From: Acidobacteriota bacterium
Lineage (GTDB): Bacteria > Acidobacteriota > Vicinamibacteria > Vicinamibacterales > 2-12-FULL-66-21
Length of the DNA: 64,000 nucleotides
Assembly (NCBI GenBank): GCA_046727175.1
Contig: JBKPCD010000175.1
Coordinates: forward strand, 1,669 to 65,668
Direction: 5' to 3'
A program made the translations under genes and the position numbers. Shown here piece by piece: positions 44,027 to 54,716 of this stretch (its first letter is position 1; each line of letters starts with the position of its first letter). Under the pieces are notes generated by a model. That model did no database searches. It was not told the origin of the DNA and was given only the letters and a program-made list of their open reading frames with translations.

Positions 44027-44740
44027 ATGTCCCGCTTGGGGACGGCTCTCGCGACTCCCGACGCGAAGGGCCGCTACGTCCGCCGGTTGTTCTCGACGAT
44101 TGCCGATCGCTATGACTTGATCACGGTCCTGCTCTCGTACGGGCAGGATCGCCGTTGGAAACGCAGGCTGGCAGCGCTGGCGTCGATTTCGGCGGGCATG
44201 CGGGTACTCGATCTCGCGTGCGGAACCGGCGACATCACGTTCGAGCTGACTGCGCGCGGCGCGCACACGGTCGGGCTCGACATCACGCCGCGGATGCTCG
44301 AGCTCGCGAACGCAAAACGGCAGGACCCGACCAATCCGAAGTTCGTCGCGGCCGACATGATGGCGCTACCGTTTGCGCCCACCCAGTTCGACGTGGTGAC
44401 GGCCGGATACGGCATCAGGAACGTCCCCGTTCTCCGGCCGGCAATTGCCGAGATCTATCGTGTTCTGAAGCCGGGCGGCTTGTTCCTCTCTCTTGATTTC
44501 AACCGTCCGTCGAGCGCGCTGGTTCGCGCGGTCTATCTCTCGTACCTCACGATCGTGGGTTCCGCGCTTGGACTTGTGCTCCACCGCGATCCGGACACGT
44601 ATCGCTACATTCCTGAATCGATTCGGCGCTACCCGGGGGCCCTCGCCGTCTGCGACATCGTCTGCGAGGAAGGATTTTCGTCCTGCGAGTATCTGCCGGT
44701 CCTCGGCGGGTTGATGGCGATCCACCGCGCAGCGCGCTGA
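44027..44740 (+). CDS. ubiE: demethylmenaquinone/ubiquinone C-methyltransferase (UbiE/MenG)
   Basis: ..FSTIADRYDLITVLLSYGQDRRWKR.. and SAM motif ..VLDLACGTGDI... Start trimmed to ATG 44027. Confidence 0.85.
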   Translation: MSRLGTALATPDAKGRYVRRLFSTIADRYDLITVLLSYGQDRRWKRRLAALASISAGMRVLDLACGTGDITFELTARGAHTVGLDITPRMLELANAKRQDPTNPKFVAADMMALPFAPTQFDVVTAGYGIRNVPVLRPAIAEIYRVLKPGGLFLSLDFNRPSSALVRAVYLSYLTIVGSALGLVLHRDPDTYRYIPESIRRYPGALAVCDIVCEEGFSSCEYLPVLGGLMAIHRAAR

Positions 44741-44891
44741 GTCGAGACCCGACGCCCGTCGTTCGGTGGCTCGGTAGTTGGTGGTTGTTCAGAAATCCAC
44801 GTCGTGGCAGGTAAACAGGAGGCAGGAGACCAGAAGGTTGGTTTCCAGGAATGCTCCTGGCCGCTGGCTCGCGCGCAGTTCGGGTCTTGTG

Positions 44892-44917
44892 GGGCGCGGT
44901 CTTTAGAGACCGCGCCC
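44892..44917. repeat. GC-rich REP-like palindrome
   Basis: GGGCGCGGTCT-ttag-AGACCGCGCCC (11-bp stem), preceded by tgt. Related to 50259-50281 and 55233-55254. Confidence 0.8.
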
Positions 44918-45035
44918 ACGCGAACGGCGCTCGACCGCCTTCGCCAAGCCTGCGGCGAGAAGCGTCGCGGCGGCAAAGGCCCGCCTGCCGCCGTGCCGTC
45001 TCCGTCGGGTTCAGCTCTGTTACCATCCAAACATC

Positions 45036-45395
45036 ATGGAGCTCGACGCCTCCGGCTGGTCGGGCGACGGGGAATTCACTCAGGTGCTCGTCGAAGCGCT
45101 GAAGAACGTTCCCGCGATTGCCTTCGTCAAGGTCGAGGATGCGCCGGCGTCGCGATCCGACCCGTCGTTCAGCTTCATCAGCAACGAAGTGTACGTGTCG
45201 TTCGCGAGAAACCAGCGAGAGCTGATGACCATCGACTCGCTTTCAACAGTCCTCGGGGAACTTCCCGACATCGGCGCACCGGATTACGCAGACGAGGGGA
45301 TGCTCCAGTACCTCCGAACCGAGCGGGTCGTGCCGCCGTATCAGACGCGGGGATATAAGCTGGTCGAAATGGTGCGCGTGTATCGCGCGGGGTGA
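45036..45395 (+). CDS. hypothetical protein
   Basis: Coding-like 119-aa ORF. No motif recognised. 6 nt upstream of the next ORF. Confidence 0.45.
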   Translation: MELDASGWSGDGEFTQVLVEALKNVPAIAFVKVEDAPASRSDPSFSFISNEVYVSFARNQRELMTIDSLSTVLGELPDIGAPDYADEGMLQYLRTERVVPPYQTRGYKLVEMVRVYRAG

Positions 45396-45401
45396 GTCGC
45401 G

Positions 45402-45830
45402 ATGGATGTTTCCGACGTGCGCCGGCGGCTGCGCGGCGCCATCGATGCCGCACGGCGCGAGGCTGCCGCGCGACGTGAGCGATCCGACGCCGCTCACCGC
45501 GACTACGAGACGTTTCTCGCGCAGCGCGCGACTCCGACGTTTCGTCTGCTCGCCTCGGCGCTCGCGGGCGACGGTCACCGGTTCACGATCTTCACGCCGG
45601 CTGATTCCGTCCGTCTCGTGTCCGAGAGCTCCAGCGACGACTTCATCGAACTGGCGCTCGATACGAGCCTGGACCCGCCTGGGGTCGTCGGCCGGACGAG
45701 TCGCGGACGTGGCCGTCGCAACGTGTCGTCGGAACGCGTCATCCGCGAGGGCACATCCATCGGCGATCTCACGGACGAGGACGTCCTCGAATTCCTGCTC
45801 CCCGGAATCGTGTCGCTGATCGAGCGATAA
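45402..45830 (+). CDS. hypothetical protein (Arg-rich helical N-terminus)
   Basis: 142-aa ORF. No motif recognised. Confidence 0.45.
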   Translation: MDVSDVRRRLRGAIDAARREAAARRERSDAAHRDYETFLAQRATPTFRLLASALAGDGHRFTIFTPADSVRLVSESSSDDFIELALDTSLDPPGVVGRTSRGRGRRNVSSERVIREGTSIGDLTDEDVLEFLLPGIVSLIER

Positions 45831-45852
45831 GGGACCGGAGTGGGTATCCCCT

Positions 45853-47058
45853 TCAAATGGTTTGCGAAGCGCGAAGCTCGGCGATCTCGGCGCCGCTCAT
45901 CCCCAGATCATCACGAAGAATCCGATCGGTGTGCTCACCCAGGACGGGCGGCGCACTCTCGATTCGACCAGGCGTATCAGACAGCTTGATCGGAACACCG
46001 AGAACGCGGACCGCGCCGAGGACCGCATGCTCTGCGGAAGCAATCATGTCCCGCGCGTGCAGGTGCGGATCCTCGAGGACCTCGGCGACGTCGCGGACGG
46101 CGCCGCACGGGATCCCCGCTGCCGTCAATGCCGCAATCCACTCCGCACGCGTGCGAGTCCGCAGATGGCTTGCAAGCAGCGGACGCAACGTTTCGTACCA
46201 CTCCACGCGATCGCGGTTGGTCGCGAACCGCACGTCCTCGGCCAGCGCACCGAGGCCGGCGACCCGGCAGAACGATTGCCACAGCCGATCGTTGCCCACT
46301 GCCAGGACGAAGTCGCCGTCACGTGCCGAGAATGTTTCGTACGGCACGATCGTCGGGTGACGATTGCCCATGCGCACGGGAGCGCTGCCCGTCGCGAAGT
46401 ACGCGCCCGCCTGATACGTCAGCAGCGCCGTCGTGGCGTCCAGCATCCCGATGTCCACATGCTGGCCGCGGTTCGTGCGAACCCGAGCGAGCAAAGCCAT
46501 CGCAATTCCCTGCGCGGCGAACATGCCGCTGACAATGTCCGAGATGGCGACGCCGAGACGGAAGGGCGCGCCGTCCGCCTCCCCGGTGATGCTCATCAGA
46601 CCGCCTTCGGCCTGCACGACCGCGTCGTATCCCGGCTGACTGCGCCGCGGACCCGTCTGACCGAATCCCGAAATCGAGCAGTAGACGACGCGTGGCCAGC
46701 GAGCGGCGACGGTGTCGTAGCCGAAGCCGAACCGCTGCATCGTGCCTGGCCTGAAGTTCTCGACGACCACGTCTGCGCGATCGAGCAGCCGTTCGAGAAT
46801 CTGACGGCCCGCCGCGTGTTTCAGGTCGAGAGTGAGGCTTTCCTTGTTCCGGTTGATGCTCAGGAAGTACGCGCTCTCGCCGTCTACGAACGGCGGACCC
46901 CATGCGCGGGTGTCGTCTCCACGCCCCGGCTGCTCGATCTTGATCACGCGCGCGCCCATGTCGGCGAGGAGCATCGTGCAATACGGGCCGGAGAGGACCC
47001 GGGTGAGGTCGACGACGGTCAAGCCGGCGAGAGGGGGAATGTTCGAGTCCGACGACAT
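45853..47058 (-). CDS. family III CoA-transferase (CaiB/BaiF)
   Basis: ..LAGLTVVDLTRVLSGPYCTMLLADMGARVIKIE.. N-terminal signature; about 400 aa. Confidence 0.85.
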   Translation of the reverse strand: MSSDSNIPPLAGLTVVDLTRVLSGPYCTMLLADMGARVIKIEQPGRGDDTRAWGPPFVDGESAYFLSINRNKESLTLDLKHAAGRQILERLLDRADVVVENFRPGTMQRFGFGYDTVAARWPRVVYCSISGFGQTGPRRSQPGYDAVVQAEGGLMSITGEADGAPFRLGVAISDIVSGMFAAQGIAMALLARVRTNRGQHVDIGMLDATTALLTYQAGAYFATGSAPVRMGNRHPTIVPYETFSARDGDFVLAVGNDRLWQSFCRVAGLGALAEDVRFATNRDRVEWYETLRPLLASHLRTRTRAEWIAALTAAGIPCGAVRDVAEVLEDPHLHARDMIASAEHAVLGAVRVLGVPIKLSDTPGRIESAPPVLGEHTDRILRDDLGMSGAEIAELRASQTI

Positions 47059-47097
47059 AGATGCTCAGGGTCCTGCGTTCCAGGTTGTGTCCCGGAT

Positions 47098-48132
47098 TCA
47101 GTGTCGGCGACGGATTGTAACCAAGTCGCTCAAGAGCGCGTAGGCCGTGTGGATCAGGCCGCCATCGAGCTGATGAATCGCGATCTTTCCGAGGACATCC
47201 GTCTCGAGCACCAGCGCATTCGACGTGCCCCGCAGGCCGGCAAGCAGATCGTCGGACGGAAGCTCTGTGGGTTCGACCATCGGCGTGTCGCCGCGGCGCG
47301 CCGACGCGACGAGCCGGAGACGCCGTCCGCGTTCCTTTGCCGCGCGCGCGCGCGGCCCTGTGGTCGGTCCGATGCCGATGCGGCGCACGGCGTGCGGGGT
47401 GGTGCGCGCGTCCATGAGCACGTTCGCCAGCGCGGCGGCTTTTGCAGCCGCGTCCCACCCGTCGATGTCCAGCGTCGCGTCGGCTTCCGCGATGCCGTCG
47501 GCTTGCATGCGCGCCAGCGCTGGCTCGAACGCCTCTCCGTCTTCGAGCGCCGTCAGGATGTGGTTCGTCGTGCTGTTCACCACTCCCCGAAACCCGCGAA
47601 CCTCGATGGCCGGGAGCGTCTCGCGCACGAGGTTGAACACCGGGACGCCATCCATTACGGCGCCTTCGAACAGAAACGACAGACCAGCACGCATCGCCTC
47701 TGAGCGCAGCTCGTGGTACGCGAACGCGGCGGGTCCCTTGTTGGCGGTCACGACGTGGCAGCCGGAAGAAAGGGCGGTGCGGACGTGATCGAGAGCGGGT
47801 TGGCCCGCGGTGATATCCAGCGTCGTGGTTTCGATCACGACACGCAGAGGCGCGTTCGATCGTCCAAGCAATCGGATGGCTTCGTAGCTGTTCGCGACGG
47901 TCGGTCCTGCATCGTGAATCTTTGACAGTGTCGCCCCCTGCTCGACTGACCGTGCGGCAGCGAGAGCGTCGACACCGCGCGCATCGAATGCCGCTCCGTG
48001 CCGTCGTGTGGCAATCGCGACAACCCTGCACTCCAGATCGCAACTCGTCAGCTGATCGCGTCGCTCCTCGAGGAGCTTGACGAACCGACGCGCGACGTTG
48101 CCGAATCCGATCAGCGCCAGATCAGCGCGCAT
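47098..48132 (-). CDS. hom: homoserine dehydrogenase (short form without ACT domain)
   Basis: ..ALIGFGNVAR.., ..VVTANKG.., ..FEGAVMDGVP.., ..VNSTTNHIL.., ..DIDGWDAAAKAA... Confidence 0.7.
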   Translation of the reverse strand: MRADLALIGFGNVARRFVKLLEERRDQLTSCDLECRVVAIATRRHGAAFDARGVDALAAARSVEQGATLSKIHDAGPTVANSYEAIRLLGRSNAPLRVVIETTTLDITAGQPALDHVRTALSSGCHVVTANKGPAAFAYHELRSEAMRAGLSFLFEGAVMDGVPVFNLVRETLPAIEVRGFRGVVNSTTNHILTALEDGEAFEPALARMQADGIAEADATLDIDGWDAAAKAAALANVLMDARTTPHAVRRIGIGPTTGPRARAAKERGRRLRLVASARRGDTPMVEPTELPSDDLLAGLRGTSNALVLETDVLGKIAIHQLDGGLIHTAYALLSDLVTIRRRH

Positions 48133-49276
48133 CGGAAACGGTCGCGACCGGAATCGTGTCGAGCAGCTCGCCGACTTTCTGAAGGCTGCCGGTCAGATGC
48201 AAAGGATCCGGACCGAACCCGATTCGGATGTACCCGTCCATCTCGAAGTGATCACCGGGCACGACCAGGACGCTCTGTTCGTCGCGCAGCCGCTCGATGA
48301 GCGCCGTGGAATTGATCGCGTGATGGTAGCGGACGAATACGATCGCGCCCGCGTCCGGGGGGACGTGCGACAGCGCGGGCGCTCTCCGCTCGATCCAGTG
48401 TCTGACAATCGGGTAGTTCGTGCGAACGATTTGTCGAGTGCGCGCGAGGAGCCGTTCGCGGCGTCCGGGTGCGAGCGCGATGCGGCCAAGACGATCGTTG
48501 ACGGCGCCAGGCGCAATCGTCGTGTAGTCGTGGATGCCCCAGAGGGCCTCGATGACGTCCGGCGGCCCGACCACCCAGCCAATCCGCAGTCCGGGAAGGC
48601 CGTACGCTTTCGACAACCCGCTCGTGACGATCGCGCGCTCGTGGCGTCCCCAGACTGTTGGCGTGTCCTGTCCATCGAGCTCGGCGCCGCAGTAGATCTC
48701 GTCGGACAACACCCAGGCGCCGGTGCGTGAGGCAATTGCGCAGACGGCATCGAGCTCCTCCGCGCTTACCCGGCTGCCGGTCGGGTTGTTGGGATTGCAG
48801 ATGAGAATCAGACGCGTCTTCGGCGTGACGAGTCGCGAAAGCATATCGATGTCGATCCGCCATCGCGGCGTGCTGCTTCTCGCGTCGTGTACGAGCGGCC
48901 AGGGCTTGACGATCGCGCCGAAGCCTCGCGCGAGCCCTCGCGCCTGCATGTAATTCGGCACCATCATCACGACCTCGTCACCCGGTTGAACGAGGTGCCA
49001 GATGCTGATGCAATTCGCTTCCGAGCCTCCGTTGGTGACCTGCACGTGACTCGAGGTCGCGTCCGGATACAGATGCGCAATCAGCGATCGCAGCTCCGGC
49101 GTGCCGTTGGTCTGCGGATAACCGAGCGACTGGCCCAGAATGGCAACTTGATCCTCCGTCGTGTCGGCCAATTCCTCGACACGCAGTGGATGCACCCCGC
49201 TTTCGGCGAGGTTCCAGGCGACGCGGTTCTCCCACGTCGACTGCAGCCGTTCCATCTCGAACGTTTCGAGTTGCAT
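48122..49276 (-). CDS. class I/II pyridoxal-phosphate-dependent aminotransferase
   Basis: PLP-lysine context ..SGLSKAYGLPGLRIGW... Start trimmed to MQLETFEMERLQS... 11-nt overlap with hom. Confidence 0.8.
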   Translation of the reverse strand: MQLETFEMERLQSTWENRVAWNLAESGVHPLRVEELADTTEDQVAILGQSLGYPQTNGTPELRSLIAHLYPDATSSHVQVTNGGSEANCISIWHLVQPGDEVVMMVPNYMQARGLARGFGAIVKPWPLVHDARSSTPRWRIDIDMLSRLVTPKTRLILICNPNNPTGSRVSAEELDAVCAIASRTGAWVLSDEIYCGAELDGQDTPTVWGRHERAIVTSGLSKAYGLPGLRIGWVVGPPDVIEALWGIHDYTTIAPGAVNDRLGRIALAPGRRERLLARTRQIVRTNYPIVRHWIERRAPALSHVPPDAGAIVFVRYHHAINSTALIERLRDEQSVLVVPGDHFEMDGYIRIGFGPDPLHLTGSLQKVGELLDTIPVATVSDAR

Positions 49277-49447
49277 CAACGCCTCTCGTTGCGGGCGACC
49301 GAGCCACCGAACCACGGAATTCCCGAGCTGCCGGCGCGCTTTCTCCGTCCTAGAGTAATGGAAGAATGAGAACTATTCTGAAGCGATCTCGTCCATTCCT
49401 CCCGCCCCGCAAGATTCGCGCGGTGGGAACGCCAGTTGGAGGCTCAC

Positions 49448-50158
49448 GTGTTTCGAACGACAGTCGTCGCGCTCACTTTACTCGCCTCCGGCGCTGGAGC
49501 GCCTGCACAGTCGACGTCCTCGTCAACGTACGACGTCCCCGTCGTCGTCGCTTCAGGTGAAGGGACGGTCAAGCGTGCGCCCGATCGCGCCTGGGTCACG
49601 ATCGCCGCGGAATCGCGCGCGAAGACGTCGCGAGAGGCGCAGCGCATGAACGCGGAAGCGATGTCAGCGGTGATGACGAAGTTGAAGAGCAGCGGCCTTG
49701 CGGGCGACGCCATCCAGACCTCCGCCATCGACCTGCAACCCGAGTTCGATTACGCGAACGGACGGCAGACGCTGCGCGGATACGTCGCACGGAACTCGGT
49801 ACAGGTGCGCGTGGACGACCTGCCCAAGCTGGGCGAGATCCTCGATGCCGCCGTGGGCGCGGGTGCGACGTCGGTCACCGGCGTCAGATTCGATCTGCGC
49901 GACCGCGCAGCGGCGGAGCGCGAGGCGCTGCAGCACGCGGTCGAAGATGCGCGCGCGCGCGCCAATGCCGCCGCTGCCGGCGCAGGAATGCGTGTAGATC
50001 GTGTCGTGAAAATCGAAGAGCACCGCGTCGAGACCGGTCCTCCACCGCGACCCATGGTGATGACAATGCGCGCCGAAGCAGCCGCGCCGCAGACTCCTGT
50101 CGCGCCCGGGGAGTTGGAGATCAAATCGATGGTGACGCTGACGGCGGCGATCAAGTGA
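49448..50158 (+). CDS. SIMPL / DUF541 periplasmic protein
   Basis: ..GYVARNSVQVRVDDLPKLGEILDAAVGAGATSVTGVRFDL.. GGAGG lies 5 nt upstream of GTG 49448. Signal peptide present. Confidence 0.75.
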   Translation: MFRTTVVALTLLASGAGAPAQSTSSSTYDVPVVVASGEGTVKRAPDRAWVTIAAESRAKTSREAQRMNAEAMSAVMTKLKSSGLAGDAIQTSAIDLQPEFDYANGRQTLRGYVARNSVQVRVDDLPKLGEILDAAVGAGATSVTGVRFDLRDRAAAEREALQHAVEDARARANAAAAGAGMRVDRVVKIEEHRVETGPPPRPMVMTMRAEAAAPQTPVAPGELEIKSMVTLTAAIK

Positions 50159-50170
50159 TCGAGATCATCT

Positions 50171-50337
50171 CTGGACTCAGGGCTCTTGGCTCTTGGCCGG
50201 CCCTGGCCCGCCATCATTTGTGTTTGCATGTAGGAGCGGGCCTTTTCAGGCCCGTCAAGGGGGGGTCTGAAGACCCCGCCCATAGCAACACAAGTGAACT
50301 TTGGGGATAGAGCCGAGCGCCCTGTGCCAAGAGCCAG
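50171..50337. repeat. nested palindrome cluster between convergent genes
   Basis: Outer arms ttggctcttggc / gccaagagccag. Inner catttgtgtttgc / gcaacacaagtg. Core hairpins agcgggcc-ttttca-ggcccgtc (50234-50255) and ggggggtct-gaa-gaccccgccc (50259-50281). Confidence 0.8.
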
Positions 50338-51792
50338 TCACAGCGGCTCTTTCACAATGACCCCATCCACCGCGTCATCATCGAACAACCCGGTGAGCTC
50401 AGGGGCGCCGAGAGGGCGGGCCGTTTGATCGATCGTCTCGAGCTCCGGCAGCTCCTCGGGTGCGGCAATCCCCTTGTCTTTCAGCCGGCGGGCCGTGACC
50501 AGCACGCGGCTTTCGAGCGAGCCGATGGCCTTGTTGTAGGCGTCGACGGATCGCATCAGGCCTCGCGCGACCTCCTCGAAGTGTAGCGCCATGACGCGGA
50601 TTCGGTCGTAGAGCTGGCGTCCGAGGTCGCTGATCTCCTGGGCATTCCGCGCGATCTTCTCCTGCTGCCAGCCGTAAGCAACGGCGCGCAGCAGCGCCAT
50701 CAGCGTGAGCGGGCTTGCGAGCATCACTCCGCGCGCGAGGCTGAAGTCGAGCAGCGCGGGATCGCGTTGGAGAGCGGTGCTGAGCAGCGTCTCCCCTGGA
50801 ACGAACATGATCACCAGGTCCGGTGCAGGCTGGAAGTGCTGCCAGTAGGTCTTGTTCCCGAGCCTCACGATGTGCTCGCGAACCTGACGCGCGTGATCGC
50901 GAAGCTTTCCGTCGCGCACCGACTCGTCATCCGTCTCCATGGCATCGAGGTAAGCCGACGACGGCACCTTGGCGTCGACGACGACGTTCTTGCCGCCGGG
51001 CAGGCGGACAATCATGTCCGGCGTCAACCGGGTGCCATCGACGGCAATCGATGCCTTCAGATCGAAGTCGCAGTACTCGAGCATGCCCGCCGCTTCGACC
51101 ACGCGACGAAGCTGGAGCTCGCCCCACTGGCCTCGGACGTTCGGCGATCGGAGAGCCTGAACGAGCCGGCCAGTCTCGGTCTGCAGCGTCTGCTGCGCTT
51201 GTTGAAGCGCGCGCAGTTGTTCGGTGATCGCCGAGTGCGTGCCGATTCGACCCTGCTCGACCTGCTGCAGCTTCCCGTCGACGTTGTTCAGCGACTCCTT
51301 GAGAGGTTGAATCAGCTCTTCGATCGCCTTCTGCCGGCCATCCAGATCGAGCTTCGCGGTCTGCTGGAATTCTCCAAGTGACGCCTTCGCGAGCTCGATG
51401 AACGAATGATTGTTCTGCCGGAGCGCTTCGGACGAGAGAGCTGCGAACGCCTCGCGCAGCTTCGCTTCGGCCTGATGGAGAAGCTCCAGTTTCTCCACTG
51501 CTGTCCGTCGTTCCGCGCTGAGCTCCGCCTCGAGCCGGGCGCGCTCCTGCGAAATTGCGGCAACGTCTTCGGCCAGTCGAACGACGTGCGTGTCGCGAGC
51601 CGCGAGTTGTCGTTGCAGTTCCTCTGCTCGACGTGCCGTTTCCTCGGCGCGAGCCTGCGCAGACGCGAGACTCGTGCTGAGCTGAGCCTTCAGCACCGCC
51701 GATTCGCGTTCGGCCCACGCCTTGAGCACCAACCAGGCCGCGGTCGCCACGATCAGGGCGACCGCGATCGCCAGGACCAGCGTGATTGTCAC
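50338..51792 (-). CDS. rmuC: DNA recombination protein RmuC
   Basis: N-terminal TM, long coiled coil, and a C-terminal RmuC nuclease-like domain. Confidence 0.8.
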   Translation of the reverse strand: MTITLVLAIAVALIVATAAWLVLKAWAERESAVLKAQLSTSLASAQARAEETARRAEELQRQLAARDTHVVRLAEDVAAISQERARLEAELSAERRTAVEKLELLHQAEAKLREAFAALSSEALRQNNHSFIELAKASLGEFQQTAKLDLDGRQKAIEELIQPLKESLNNVDGKLQQVEQGRIGTHSAITEQLRALQQAQQTLQTETGRLVQALRSPNVRGQWGELQLRRVVEAAGMLEYCDFDLKASIAVDGTRLTPDMIVRLPGGKNVVVDAKVPSSAYLDAMETDDESVRDGKLRDHARQVREHIVRLGNKTYWQHFQPAPDLVIMFVPGETLLSTALQRDPALLDFSLARGVMLASPLTLMALLRAVAYGWQQEKIARNAQEISDLGRQLYDRIRVMALHFEEVARGLMRSVDAYNKAIGSLESRVLVTARRLKDKGIAAPEELPELETIDQTARPLGAPELTGLFDDDAVDGVIVKEPL

Positions 51793-51869
51793 GTCAGACG
51801 AAGTTTAGGCGAAAGCGTGGAGGGTGCCAAGATCCGATCGATCAGGTTGATCGGCTGCCGCCGAAAGAC

Positions 51870-51897
51870 TAAACTAGGACTGTTCTGGTCGTAGTTA
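51870..51897. promoter_or_regulatory. imperfect palindrome upstream of sufA, candidate Rrf2/IscR-type operator
   Basis: TAAACTAGGAC-tgttctg-GTCGTAGTTA, 43 nt upstream of the sufA ATG. Confidence 0.25.
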
Positions 51898-51939
51898 CCG
51901 CTCCACAGAGGAGACAGACTACGCGAAGGGCGCCGAAAC

Positions 51940-52266
51940 ATGTTGGAAATCAGTGAGAACGCGGGAAAGCTCATCCACAAGATGACCACCCGCCACGGGA
52001 TTCCTGCTGGCGGTCTCCGTATCGGAATCAAGGCCGGCGGGTGTTCCGGGCTCAGCTACACCTTCGCCTGGGAAGCCACCCCGCGGCAAGGCGATCACGT
52101 TTTCGAGGGCCCCGAAGGGTCGAAAGTCTTCATCGACTCGAAGAGTTACCGGTTCATCGACGGAACGACGCTCGATTACGACACGAGCCTCGTCAGCCGC
52201 GGTTTCGTCTTCAACAACCCGAACGCGAAGAGCACGTGCGGGTGCGGGACGTCCTTCAGCGTGTAA
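51940..52266 (+). CDS. sufA: A-type Fe-S cluster carrier (HesB/IscA/SufA family)
   Basis: ..GGCSGLSY.. and C-terminal ..CGCGTSF..; 108 aa. Confidence 0.85.
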   Translation: MLEISENAGKLIHKMTTRHGIPAGGLRIGIKAGGCSGLSYTFAWEATPRQGDHVFEGPEGSKVFIDSKSYRFIDGTTLDYDTSLVSRGFVFNNPNAKSTCGCGTSFSV

Positions 52267-52268
52267 AC

Positions 52269-52318
52269 GGGTTCCAAGTTCACAGGTTCCAGGTTCCAGG
52301 AACCCGGAACCCGCGAAC
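52269..52318. repeat. low-complexity hairpin (GGTTCC units) between sufA and sufB
   Basis: gttcacaggttccaggttcc (52278-52297), a, ggaacccggaacccgcgaac (52299-52318); 17 of 20 paired. Confidence 0.85.
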
Positions 52319-52339
52319 GCTTAAGCTTTGAGCGACATC

Positions 52340-53785
<1,446 letters not shown>

Positions 53786-53805
53786 CGACCACGACCGAGA
53801 TCTTC

Positions 53806-53884
53806 ACAGGGGACCAGGAGTTCAGGAGTGATTTCGGTCAAGATTCAAAGCGTTTTCTTCTGATCTCCTGATCTCCTGTTATCG
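53806..53884. repeat. low-complexity hairpin (CAGGAGWT units) between sufB and sufC
   Basis: accaggagttcaggagtgat (53813-53832) pairs with ctgatctcctgatctcctgt (53860-53879). Confidence 0.7.
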
Positions 53885-53924
53885 ACGACAGTGAATGCGT
53901 TTTTGACAGGTGAGTGCCGCATCT

Positions 53925-54699
<775 letters not shown>

Positions 54700-54716
<17 letters not shown>

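Noticed and set aside
46319-48043. Very long ORFs antisense to, or out of frame with, recognised genes. Examples: 46319-48043 (-), 45862-47703 (+), 55977-57575 (-), 41198-42559 (-), 42186-43376 (-), 38290-39426 (+), 3131-4090 (-), 6407-7648 (-), 10395-11288 (-), 35776-36543 (-).
   Set aside because: Their translations are Arg/Ala/Pro/Gly-rich and carry no motifs. Each overlaps a gene with clear family signatures. Long spurious ORFs like these are expected in GC-rich DNA, where stop codons are rare.
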